From an uncultured Eubacteriales bacterium (GTDB lineage Bacteria; Bacillota; Clostridia; Oscillospirales; CAG-272), in NCBI GenBank assembly GCA_900554225.1, contig USGH01000002.1:1-38741 (forward strand): a stretch of 38,741 nt of DNA, given 5' to 3'. How positions within the stretch are numbered: the first letter of the stretch is position 1; each line of letters starts with the position of its first letter. A model generated the notes under the pieces. That model was not told the origin of the DNA and searched no databases. It saw only the letters and a list, made by a program, of their open reading frames with translations. A program made the translations under genes and the position numbers. This document shows, one piece after another, positions 16,437 to 24,976 of this stretch.

Positions 16437-16465
16437 TTGTCGAATGGCGCGGGATACGGTATAAT
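16437..16465 (+). promoter_or_regulatory. Candidate promoter for the solute-binding-protein gene (about 260-nt GC-rich leader)
   Basis: TTGTCG (16437-16442), 17-nt spacer, TATAAT (16460-16465). Confidence 0.45.
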
Positions 16466-16726
16466 AGAGATGTTGTTTTTCACCCCCATGACCCATCGCC
16501 GCCTGTACCGGGCGGAGAATCGGCTACGCGGTTTTCTGCGCTTCGGTATCGATCCGTTCGCTCCCTGCGGATGCGGGCGGCAGGTTCCCGATTGCGGTGC
16601 AGGCGGAGGCGGATGGGGAGAAAGCGCGGCGGGCGGCATGGGACAGTGCATTTTTGGCTTCAGGAGCCGCCGCAGTGGGGAAAACAGCGAAAAGCTCCGA
16701 TGTGAACGTGAAAAGGAGACAGAAAC

Positions 16727-18238
16727 ATGACGCTTTCTGCGAAAAAAACGATCGCGCTTCTGCTTGCCGGCCTTCTTTTGTTCTCCGGCTGCAACAGCGG
16801 TACCGTCCCGCAGGGGGAAGAGAACGGGAAGCAGAACGACACAGCCAATACCGGCGAGACCACACCGGCGGAAACCGAGCCGGAGGTGCCGGACGATTAC
16901 ACGCTCCGGATGCAGGTGGAGGATTCCCTCCCGGCGGATGCGGATCTGGGCGGCGAAACCATCCATATCGCGTATATGCAGGCGTATCAGAACGACGCAC
17001 TGGGCGACGAAGACGGCGCGGATGTGGTCGGCGACGCGGTATACACGAGAAACGCCGTGGTAAGGGATCGTCTGCAAGCGGACATCCAGTTTGTGAACGG
17101 CGGACTCGGCTGGGATCTCTATCGCGATGTGCTGCAAGCGGCTATGATGGCAGGCAGCCACGAATTTGACATTCTGCACGTGTGGCAGTCGTGGTTCGCC
17201 CCCTTTGTGACCAACGGCTCCCTTCTTCCCGTGAACGACGCGCCCTACATTGACTATACGCAGCCGTGGTGGGCGGTCGATTTCATGAAGGAATTTTCCG
17301 TCAACGGCACGACCTTCCACTTTTTGGCGGGTGACATCAATCCGGGACTGCTCACAAGCCAGGGCTGCATCTACTTCAATAAGCCGCTGTATGCGAACTA
17401 TTTCGAGAGCGCGGACAACCTCTATCAGATGGTTCTCGACGGCAAATGGACCTATGAGGCTCTCTACAGCCAGTCCGAGGCGTTCTACGTGGATGTGAAC
17501 GGCGACGGTCTCAAGGATACGAACGACCAGCTTGGCTACGGCATCATCACGGGAAACATCATCGACCACCTCTACTATGACGCAGGGGCGGAGATGACCA
17601 CGCGGGATACCGACGGCAAACCGCTCTTAAACGGCAACAACGAACACAATGTCAACCTTATGGAGTGGATCCTCCGCTTCTGCTATGACAATACGGGCGC
17701 GCTGCTCTATCCTGCGACGGAGGAAGGTCTGCAAGAGATCCGCGAGAATTTCATCGGCGGCAAAAACGCGTTCCTGCTGTCCTTTTTGAATATAGCGAGC
17801 AGGCTGCGTGACATGGAGGACGACTACGGGATCATCCCCTATCCGAAGTACGACGAGAATCAGACGACCTACCTCAGCCTGGTACACGACGACGCGCCGC
17901 TCTACGCACTTCCGGCGGACTGCACGAAATATGACGACTGCTGTCTCGTTCTGGAAGCCATGGCAGCCGAAAGCTATCGCCGTGTAACGCTGGTGAATTA
18001 CGAAAAGGCATTAAAGACGAAGTACGTCCGCGATGCGGTATCCTCCCAGATCATCGACATCATCCGCGACAATCCGACCACGGACTTTGGCTACATCTAC
18101 AGCTACGCGCTCGACAATCTCGGTCTCTACGCCAGAAGCATCGCGAGCAAGGGCAAGAACATCTACACCTCCTACTACCGCAGCCACGAGGGACAGGCGC
18201 AGAAATACCTGGATGCGCTGATCGAAAACGCACAGTAA
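16727..18238 (+). CDS. Extracellular solute-binding lipoprotein (ABC-transporter family-1, large sugar-binding type)
   Basis: Lipobox LLLFSGC followed by a Gly/Thr/Glu-rich linker. At ~500 aa it is typical of LipO-like carbohydrate SBPs. SD AAAAGGAGA. No permease or ATPase genes are adjacent. Confidence 0.85.
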   Translation: MTLSAKKTIALLLAGLLLFSGCNSGTVPQGEENGKQNDTANTGETTPAETEPEVPDDYTLRMQVEDSLPADADLGGETIHIAYMQAYQNDALGDEDGADVVGDAVYTRNAVVRDRLQADIQFVNGGLGWDLYRDVLQAAMMAGSHEFDILHVWQSWFAPFVTNGSLLPVNDAPYIDYTQPWWAVDFMKEFSVNGTTFHFLAGDINPGLLTSQGCIYFNKPLYANYFESADNLYQMVLDGKWTYEALYSQSEAFYVDVNGDGLKDTNDQLGYGIITGNIIDHLYYDAGAEMTTRDTDGKPLLNGNNEHNVNLMEWILRFCYDNTGALLYPATEEGLQEIRENFIGGKNAFLLSFLNIASRLRDMEDDYGIIPYPKYDENQTTYLSLVHDDAPLYALPADCTKYDDCCLVLEAMAAESYRRVTLVNYEKALKTKYVRDAVSSQIIDIIRDNPTTDFGYIYSYALDNLGLYARSIASKGKNIYTSYYRSHEGQAQKYLDALIENAQ

Positions 18239-18264
18239 GGCGGCAAATCCCCTTTTGTGATATA

Positions 18265-18465
18265 GACTTCTTTGTGCAGACCTCTTTGTAAGGACATCTT
18301 TGTTTCGACATCTCTGTTTGGACAGCATGGTTTGACTTCTTTGGACGGACAGCCCGTTGCGACAACGTGGTTTTGACCGCACGGTACGACATCCCGGTAT
18401 GACACCCGGTTTGGACAACATGGTAAGTGACTCCCGGTACGACTGCTCTGTATGACTTTTGATCG
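18265..18465. repeat. Degenerate tandem array of about 15-16 units, each 12-15 nt (mode 13-14), all starting with GAC
   Basis: Units in order: gacttctttgtgca, gacctctttgtaag, gacatctttgtttc, gacatctctgtttg, gacagcatggttt, gacttctttggacg, gacagcccgttgc, gacaacgtggtttt, gaccgcacggtac, gacatcccggtat, gacacccggtttg, gacaacatggtaagt, gactcccggtac, gactgctctgtat. Approximate consensus: GAC-N5-6-(G/T)GT-N2-4. The period is not a multiple of 3. Confidence 0.8.
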
Positions 18466-18588
18466 ATACTGCACCGTGCGGCCACCTTGTCCGACCCTTT
18501 TCCGGATCGCACTGCCTGACTTTTTCACGCGTCCGGACAACCATTCCGCCATTCATGCGGTTTTTGCCGATTTTTCGCGCGGATTCTC

Positions 18589-18617
18589 TTGCATTCCGGC
18601 GGCGGATATGGTATACT
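18589..18617 (+). promoter_or_regulatory. Candidate promoter for the GMP synthase gene
   Basis: TTGCAT (18589-18594), 17-nt spacer, TATACT (18612-18617). A CCCCGG-(15 nt)-CCGGGG-TTTT hairpin follows at 18635-18665 in the leader. Confidence 0.5.
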
Positions 18618-18733
18618 AATTTCATAAGGCAATACCCCGGCAAACGATAAGCGACCCGGGGTTTTGCGCTATTTTCGGATCAGATACGGCGCGCCACCTG
18701 TCCATCGTACAGAACGCGCAAGGAGGACAAAAT

Positions 18734-19714
18734 ATGGAAAACAATAAGAGACCGGAAACCATGGAACGGATCACGACCACGGCTCTGGCACAGGCGTTTA
18801 TCGACGAGCAGCTTGCCGCGATCAAGACACAGGTTGGCGACAAAAAGGTACTGCTTGCACTGTCCGGCGGCGTGGATTCGTCGGTGGTGGCGGCACTGCT
18901 CATCCGTGCGATCGGACAGAATCTGGTGTGCGTCCATGTGAACCACGGTCTGCTGCGCAAGGGCGAGCCGGAGCAGGTGATCGAGGTGTTCCGCAACCAG
19001 ATGAACGCGAACCTCGTATATGTAGACGCCGTGGATCGCTTCCTGGATAAGCTGGCGGGCGTTGCGGAACCGGAAAAGAAGCGCAAGATCATCGGCGCGG
19101 AGTTCATCCGGGTCTTTGAGGAGGAAGCGAGAAAGCAGGACGGCATCGAATTTCTGGCACAGGGTACGATCTATCCGGACATTCTCGAATCCGGTCCGGT
19201 CAAGGCGCACCACAATGTAGGCGGTTTGCCGGAGGATCTGCGCTTTGCACTGGTGGAACCACTGAAGTTCTTATTCAAGGACGAGGTGCGCGTGGTCGGA
19301 AAAACGCTCGGTCTGCCGGACAACATGGTCTATCGTCAGCCGTTCCCGGGACCTGGTCTGGGCGTGCGCTGCCTTGGTGCGATCACGAGAGACAGACTGG
19401 AAGCCGTGCGCGAATCCGACGCGATCCTGCGGGAAGAATTTGCAGCCGCCGGTCTTGCCGGAAAGGTGTGGCAGTACTTCACGGTCGTGCCGGATTTCAA
19501 GTCGGTCGGTGTCCGGGACGATAAGCGCACCTTCGAGTACCCGGTCATCCTGCGCGCCGTCAACACCAAGGACGCCATGACCGCCACGGTAGAGGACGTC
19601 CCGTTCGCACTCCTGCAAAAGATCACCGCAAGAATCACAAGCGAGGTCAAAGGCGTCAACCGCGTGCTGTACGACCTGACCCCGAAGCCGTGCGGGACTA
19701 TTGAGTGGGAATAA
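18734..19714 (+). CDS. guaA: GMP synthase ATP-pyrophosphatase plus dimerisation domains only (GuaA subunit-B-like; no GATase domain)
   Basis: PP-loop [18 protein letters not shown]. Also [38 protein letters not shown] and the C-terminal [10 protein letters not shown], which is diagnostic of GMP synthase. At 326 aa the ORF begins where the synthetase domain begins. Confidence 0.9.
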   Translation: MENNKRPETMERITTTALAQAFIDEQLAAIKTQVGDKKVLLALSGGVDSSVVAALLIRAIGQNLVCVHVNHGLLRKGEPEQVIEVFRNQMNANLVYVDAVDRFLDKLAGVAEPEKKRKIIGAEFIRVFEEEARKQDGIEFLAQGTIYPDILESGPVKAHHNVGGLPEDLRFALVEPLKFLFKDEVRVVGKTLGLPDNMVYRQPFPGPGLGVRCLGAITRDRLEAVRESDAILREEFAAAGLAGKVWQYFTVVPDFKSVGVRDDKRTFEYPVILRAVNTKDAMTATVEDVPFALLQKITARITSEVKGVNRVLYDLTPKPCGTIEWE

Positions 19715-19798
19715 ATCAGAAAAGCCGAAAAGTGCAGGAATACCAATGGTTTTTTATAGTAGCGTAGGTGACATACTCGAATTTAGAGTGGCTGAAAA

Positions 19799-20878
19799 AT
19801 GATTAAGGTTAGCGAATATATTAATAATCCTGCTTTGGAATCTCCCTGTTTCGTGAGAGGGGATGCTTTAGTAGTGCTACGCTCCATGCCTAATGATTGC
19901 ATTGATTGCGTAGTGACTAGTCCACCATACTATATGAAAAGACAATACTTGGGTGGTGGCATTGGCCTTGAAAAAACATATCAGGAATATATCGATAATC
20001 TTCTGTCAATTACAAAAGAAGTCTATAGAGTTCTAAAGCCAACTGGGTCGTTTTGGCTAAACATAGGAGACAGCTATAAAGACAAGCAACTATTAAATAT
20101 TCCGCATCGAGTGGCAATAAGAATGCAAGATGAACAACGATGGATATTACGCAATACCGTTGTATGGGACAAAATGAAAGGGGCAATGTCTCAGTCCAAA
20201 GATAGTTTGGGTTGCGAATATGAGCCGCTATTTCATTTTGTAAAGCGAAAAAGTGGGTACTACTATGATTCTGATTCGGTAAGAAAAAAGCCAAGACAAG
20301 CTCATGTTGAGAATGGTGCCGTGGTAAGTGCAACTGGAGTGAGTGGCGTTAGATATCGAAGGAAAATTGAACTTAGTACAGAACTCTCTGAGGAACAGCG
20401 GGCAAATGCCTATCAAGCATTAGATAGCGTGTTGGATCGAATAAAAAATGGAGAGTTATCTGACTTTCGGATGGTAATTAAAGGTGCTAATCAAAGAGTC
20501 ACAAATGGAAATACAACAAACCTCAGCGGTCGGGCAAAGGAATTGCAAGAAAAGGGGTTCTACTTCCTTTTTTACAATCCCAATGGCAGTATGATTTCTG
20601 ATGTATGGCAAATAATCCCAGAAGATACTCAAGGTCGCAAGCTCCATTTCGCTCCATTTCCAGAGGATTTAGTGAAAACACCAATTGTTTTAACTTGTCC
20701 TCCTGATGGCATTGTATTAGACCCGTTTGTTGGGACTGGTACAACAAGCTATGTTGCAGCACAGCTTGGGCGAAAATCAATTGGGATCGATATGGCGCAA
20801 GAATACCTTGAGTTGGCGGAATCGAGATGCGAAAAGTATGGCTGTTTTAATAATGGGACACTGGAGACAATAGGATGA
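19799..20878 (+). CDS. Type II DNA methyltransferase, beta-class N4/N6 family (SPPY motif suggests m4C)
   Basis: Motif IV is VVTSPPYY near the N-terminus. Motif I is VLDPFVGTGTTSYVAAQLGRKSIGID near the C-terminus. This is the beta-class order of the N6_N4_Mtase family. Confidence 0.9.
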   Translation: MIKVSEYINNPALESPCFVRGDALVVLRSMPNDCIDCVVTSPPYYMKRQYLGGGIGLEKTYQEYIDNLLSITKEVYRVLKPTGSFWLNIGDSYKDKQLLNIPHRVAIRMQDEQRWILRNTVVWDKMKGAMSQSKDSLGCEYEPLFHFVKRKSGYYYDSDSVRKKPRQAHVENGAVVSATGVSGVRYRRKIELSTELSEEQRANAYQALDSVLDRIKNGELSDFRMVIKGANQRVTNGNTTNLSGRAKELQEKGFYFLFYNPNGSMISDVWQIIPEDTQGRKLHFAPFPEDLVKTPIVLTCPPDGIVLDPFVGTGTTSYVAAQLGRKSIGIDMAQEYLELAESRCEKYGCFNNGTLETIG

Positions 20879-21720
20879 GTAAAATTAGTGAATTTTTTGG
20901 ACTGAATTGCAAAAATACTTCTTTGAATTTCAAAATTGCAATGGATTCTCAATTATGTCCATATACGCAGCGTATCTGTACAAAAATGAGAAAATCAAAG
21001 CCTGATGTCAGAATTGGTACGTGCTCCGTTCAGTATCAAGGACAAGATATAATCATTTGCCCATTTAGACTTTTGGAGCACAATCAGATATTCATAGATT
21101 GCTTGCATCTGTTAACGATGCATGAACCTGGGAACGAGCTTTACTTGATTCCAGAAGTCCAAATTCCAGGTGGACATGTTGATTACTTCTTAGTGTCGGC
21201 TAAAGATAGAAAGATTAAAGATTTCATTGGTATCGAGTTGCAAACAATGGACACAACAGGAACAGTGTGGCCAGAGCGCCAGAAATTCTTAAATGAGCAG
21301 GGAATAGCAGTTGATTCAGCAGATTTAAACAGCAGAAGATCGTTCGGAATGAATTGGAAAATGACTTTAAAAACCATTCTTATTCAAATGCATCATAAGA
21401 GTGAGACATTTGAGAATCTGAACAAGCATTTGGTCCTGATTATCCAAAGACCTTTATATGAACATATGAGAAATGATTTTGACTTTGCCGGAATCGAAGG
21501 TGTTCGTATAGGTGATCCGGTTCATATTCATTCATATAATTTTGAGCAAGGTGAAGATTCGTTGTATTTATCTTTACACACGCGAATTAGTACCGATTCG
21601 TCAGGGATTGCACATTGTCTTGGATTGAATGCAGAAAGAAAGGTTGAACTCGAAGATTTAATACGTATGTTAGAACCAAAGCTCATTGAGGCAAATAGGT
21701 TAAAAATCTCTATAAACTAA
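20875..21720 (+). CDS. Type II restriction endonuclease, NotI-like family
   Basis: The ATGA overlap with the methyltransferase stop indicates translational coupling. An N-terminal ISEFFG block is followed by four Cys (LCPY, RICTK, GTCSV, IICPF), as in the NotI Fe-Cys4 module. GGHVDYFLV ... IGIELQTMDTTG resembles the NotI catalytic block (..LEIQTMD..). The comparison is from memory. Confidence 0.7.
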   Translation: MSKISEFFGLNCKNTSLNFKIAMDSQLCPYTQRICTKMRKSKPDVRIGTCSVQYQGQDIIICPFRLLEHNQIFIDCLHLLTMHEPGNELYLIPEVQIPGGHVDYFLVSAKDRKIKDFIGIELQTMDTTGTVWPERQKFLNEQGIAVDSADLNSRRSFGMNWKMTLKTILIQMHHKSETFENLNKHLVLIIQRPLYEHMRNDFDFAGIEGVRIGDPVHIHSYNFEQGEDSLYLSLHTRISTDSSGIAHCLGLNAERKVELEDLIRMLEPKLIEANRLKISIN

Positions 21721-21869
21721 TCTGTTTTAAAGGAGTTGTTATGTATACAGAAAGAATAGAACTGTATAAAAAAGGGGCATCGTAAAATGAAGTTGCAATA
21801 AAGAGTTTTCAAAAGAAACATATCCGCAAATTGCAATAGTTTTCAAAATACGTTTTTTGCTCTTGATAC

Positions 21870-21907
21870 AAAAACAGAGACCGAAGCCTTCCTGACTTCG
21901 GTCTCTG
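21870..21907 (-). terminator. Rho-independent terminator ending the long minus-strand operon
   Basis: CAGAGACCGAAG-(9 nt)-CTTCGGTCTCTG forms a 12-bp stem. On the minus strand a T5 run follows it. It may also stop plus-strand R-M transcripts. Confidence 0.85.
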
Positions 21908-21972
21908 GGTGCTTTTCAGGGACGTTTTACAGCCTCGTTCAATACCACCGGCTAAGCCAGAGGTGCTGATTT

Positions 21973-22413
21973 TTATTCCGCTTGCTTTATGAATGTGATC
22001 ACCGTGCTGTCAAAGAGATGGCGGTATTCGTAGACATTCTCGTTGATGTTGAACCTGAGATTCGGATATGGCGCGCCGGAATCATTTCCATCGCCGTCTT
22101 TCCCGTCAGTGAAGCAGAGATCTCCGAATTTCTTCAGATGTACGTCTCCCTCAAAGATGAGTTTTCCGTTTTCAGTGACGATCATATGCGGTTTGTCACC
22201 CGAAACCTCGATCACGGCGTTGATGTCCTCGTTCTTCCAGACGCCGTACAGTACGCTTTGATCTATCGGTTTATGGATCATGTCGTCACCGTCATGCGGA
22301 CGCACAGGCTGTGTGTGGCTTTCCCGGAGTTTTCCGCAAGCCCCGAGAGTTATCAGTACAGACATAAGTAGCACACCTCCGATAATAATCCGTCCAGGCC
22401 GCATCGTTTTCAT
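21973..22413 (-). CDS. Small lipoprotein, unknown function
   Basis: Signal peptide and lipobox IIIGGVLLMSVLITLGAC. ATGA start/stop overlap with the upstream gene. Confidence 0.8.
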   Translation of the reverse strand: MKTMRPGRIIIGGVLLMSVLITLGACGKLRESHTQPVRPHDGDDMIHKPIDQSVLYGVWKNEDINAVIEVSGDKPHMIVTENGKLIFEGDVHLKKFGDLCFTDGKDGDGNDSGAPYPNLRFNINENVYEYRHLFDSTVITFIKQAE

Positions 22414-22817
22414 ATGCGTTCGAGGATCATCGTGCCATACGCGATAGTCAGACAGCCGTTCTCATCCACCGGTATTTCGGCGAACGGGTCGACCGTCTCT
22501 CCAAGAACCTCGCCCTCGACTTTGGTATCGTAGTAGAACTTACCATCCTTCTCTTTCCATGAGGTCTGCTCGATCGCGGCGAAACCGTCCTCGTCGATCA
22601 CGGCACCCTGCGACTTCGCAAGCTCGATTTTGTCCTCGGGTACGCGCATCAGTGTGTTCATGAAGCCGTCCTCGGTGAATTCGGTTCTGCTCATGAGCAT
22701 CATGATAATCTCGTCAGCGTGAGCACCATCCGGCAGATTTTCCGGCGTGTAGGACACCATACCGTTGGGGGTGGGGAAGAGCAGCTCCTTGACTTTCCAT
22801 TTTCCGATAATGTTCAT
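22410..22817 (-). CDS. Hypothetical cytoplasmic protein (135 aa)
   Basis: SD GAGAGGAG. Coding-like composition and coupling to the downstream gene. No recognisable motif. Confidence 0.75.
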   Translation of the reverse strand: MNIIGKWKVKELLFPTPNGMVSYTPENLPDGAHADEIIMMLMSRTEFTEDGFMNTLMRVPEDKIELAKSQGAVIDEDGFAAIEQTSWKEKDGKFYYDTKVEGEVLGETVDPFAEIPVDENGCLTIAYGTMILERI

Positions 22818-22867
22818 TGCAATATCTCCTCTCTTTTCGTTGCTTTATCGTAGGTTCCGGAAGCGGA

Positions 22868-23449
22868 TTATGCCCAAGGATCCTCAGATTTCGGTGTGCG
22901 GACACCGGTCAGCAGATACTGCTCCCACAAAAACCATTTGTTGTCAGAACCGCGCTGGCGCAGCTTAATCGGGCGCGGGGAATCTGCTCCGCCGCAGGGG
23001 ATGAAGAGCTTCATGTAGCCGGGCTCATCGTTTGAGACGTGGTTCGACTCGATGACGAGCGTGTAGATCTCGGTCGTCGAATAATAATTAAAAAAAAAAG
23101 AGCCGGTGAAGTAAGTAAAAGGCAGATAGGTCTTTCCGTCGCGGAAGCGGTCGTTCAGGAAGGAGATCTCCTGTCCGTTCAGAGGACGGGGACCACGCAG
23201 CCAGTTCAGCATTTCCGTACCGATCTGACGGTCTGCGGCATACGCGCACAGTGCCAGAACGGTCAGAGCCGCGGTCTGGAACGGGGTATCCATCTTCGCT
23301 TCCGGCAGTGCCTGCATTTCGGCAAGGCTTTCCGGCAGCGCGGAGAACGTGAAGGTCTCCCGTTTGTTGCCGATCGACTGTGCCGCCGTATTCACCGCCT
23401 GCTTGACGGTCCGTTCCGCGGTGTTTTTCAATCTGTCAAAAATACTCAT
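22868..23449 (-). CDS. Hypothetical protein (193 aa) containing an A10/T10 homopolymer tract
   Basis: SD AAGGAGAGG. MSIFDRLKNTAERTVKQAVNTAAQSIG... has an amphipathic N-terminus. The C-terminus GYMKLFIPCGGADSPRPIKLRQRGSDNKWFLWEQ looks like a conserved block. Confidence 0.75.
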   Translation of the reverse strand: MSIFDRLKNTAERTVKQAVNTAAQSIGNKRETFTFSALPESLAEMQALPEAKMDTPFQTAALTVLALCAYAADRQIGTEMLNWLRGPRPLNGQEISFLNDRFRDGKTYLPFTYFTGSFFFNYYSTTEIYTLVIESNHVSNDEPGYMKLFIPCGGADSPRPIKLRQRGSDNKWFLWEQYLLTGVRTPKSEDPWA

Positions 23450-23536
23450 GTAGATCCTCTCCTTGTTTCATTGAAAAGTTTGTTTGTTCTATGTGTCCTC
23501 GCGGCAAGCGCTGGATTCCGGTCAAAGCCGGCGCCT

Positions 23537-24847
23537 TTATCCCACACTCTCTGCGATGACCCAGACCTCATAGTCCTCGCCGTTGCCGGGATACGCATAC
23601 GGCTCTGTGCCTTCCTCGTCAAGGTACGGCGTACCCCACGGGCAGTACTGTTCAAAATCCAGCTCCCAGTTCTCCGGCATATGCCATGTCTCGGTAATAG
23701 ACGCGCCGTCCTCATACACCATGTGCACGGTAACGGAGCGCGGTTCCGTCCGACACGACAAAAGCGGCTCGGGAAGCTCCTGCGCATCCCCGTAATGGAA
23801 CTGCATCATATAGATGGACTGATCGGCTGCGTCAAAGCTCTCGATCTCCTTTATGGCAAGCGTGCCGCGATCCACGGTATACACGTTTGTGGTGTCGCCG
23901 GATTCCACGAAGAACGCTTCCTCCTCCTCCGTATACGACAGTCTGTTCCACTGCGCGCCCGCCTCCGGCAGATATGTGTTGGAGATGTACCCCTCCAGCC
24001 AAGCCGACGTATCGTCTACGGGCATGGCGAGGTATCTGTCCGACGCGGTCGGGTGGCTGTAGCACTGGATCGGGCCGAAATAAGCTGTGCTGCTTACATC
24101 GGTCCAAAGGATGTAGTCAAACTCCGTTCTCCCGATATAGGTGTTCGCTCCGAAGCCGCTTGCGAAATCCTCGGTGAGCCGGAGCGTGCCGTAAATGTCG
24201 AGCAGATTCGAGAGAAGGTTGGCGTCGTACAGCATTTCCGCATTGAAATCAAGCTCGTGGTATTCACTGCGGACAAGCAGCGAGAGTCTGAGCCCGTCGT
24301 CCGCTTCCCTGAATTCGATGCTGAATACGGTGTCCTCTGCGGCGTCAAAGCGCAGATATTCGCGAACCGTCACCGTATAGGACAGCGCGGCGCTTTTTTC
24401 GCACGTCATGGAGGCATTGTAGCCGAGATAGTTGTCCAGATCCGTTAAGAACTGCGGGAAGGACCAGCAGATCACGCCGTCGATCTCCTCACTCGTGATC
24501 CCCAGAGATTCCGGCGGCGCCGCGTCGGTCTCTCCATACAGAAAGATTTTTTGAATCTCCTGCAGCGTGCCCTCGGTCAGAACGGCATCGGATTTCTCCT
24601 CGGCCAGCGCGGTAAAAGCCGCGTACCAGCCCGCCGTATTCCACGCGAATTCCGGTGTGTCGGTAGCTATGATCTCATTCCCTGCGAGCATCCGGTAGGA
24701 AATCGCTGCGGCACGAGCAAGCGTTTCCACATCCTCGAAGTCTTCTGTGTCAACATGGCTCGGCAGTTCCGGCAGGGTGCATCCGGTAAGAGCTGCGGAA
24801 AGGAAAATCAGACACAGCGCGCAGAGCAGTGCAAGCGTTTTTTTCAT
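23537..24847 (-). CDS. Lipoprotein (436 aa), unknown function
   Basis: I place the start at ATG 24847 (MKKTLALLCALCLIFLSAALTGC lipobox, SD AAGGGGG) rather than the track start at 24931. Confidence 0.8.
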   Translation of the reverse strand: MKKTLALLCALCLIFLSAALTGCTLPELPSHVDTEDFEDVETLARAAAISYRMLAGNEIIATDTPEFAWNTAGWYAAFTALAEEKSDAVLTEGTLQEIQKIFLYGETDAAPPESLGITSEEIDGVICWSFPQFLTDLDNYLGYNASMTCEKSAALSYTVTVREYLRFDAAEDTVFSIEFREADDGLRLSLLVRSEYHELDFNAEMLYDANLLSNLLDIYGTLRLTEDFASGFGANTYIGRTEFDYILWTDVSSTAYFGPIQCYSHPTASDRYLAMPVDDTSAWLEGYISNTYLPEAGAQWNRLSYTEEEEAFFVESGDTTNVYTVDRGTLAIKEIESFDAADQSIYMMQFHYGDAQELPEPLLSCRTEPRSVTVHMVYEDGASITETWHMPENWELDFEQYCPWGTPYLDEEGTEPYAYPGNGEDYEVWVIAESVG

Positions 24848-24976
24848 TGTGACCCCCTTATTCCCAAAAAGTTCTTTCGGTTTCCTTCGGATAACGCTGA
24901 TTTCAGGTTGGCTTTTGCGCTGGAAAACCATATATTCGAGCTTTTACGCACAAAACCCGATTGGCGCAGCGCATTC

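Noticed and set aside
16424-17569. 381-aa minus-strand ORF
   Set aside because: It is antisense to the solute-binding lipoprotein gene and shows the typical shadow-ORF composition. The same reasoning applies to 12818-13546, 13733-14458, 24551-25666, 30028-31125, 32806-33651, 36774-37613, 7012-8136 and 8206-9111.
18265-18465. The repeat array as a CRISPR locus or as a coding peptide repeat
   Set aside because: The units are only 12-15 nt, contiguous without spacers, and degenerate. The period is not a multiple of three, and the three overlapping stop-free minus-strand frames are a by-product of the unit sequence. No cas genes are present.
18618-18733. Purine/guanine riboswitch upstream of guaA
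   Set aside because: The predicted leader is only about 110 nt, and the terminator-like hairpin begins about 11 nt after the likely transcription start. This leaves no room for a ~70-nt purine aptamer, and I could not find the conserved purine-riboswitch junction motifs. The hairpin remains an unassigned possible attenuator.
21740-21785. 14-codon ORF (MYTERIELYKKGAS) with AAAGGAG SD after the endonuclease gene
   Set aside because: It is too short to support from sequence alone. It may be a fragment left from the R-M islet insertion.
23039-24448. 469-aa plus-strand ORF
   Set aside because: It is antisense to two minus-strand genes that have SDs, a lipobox and operon coupling. The translation is Arg/Leu/Val-rich with no motif.
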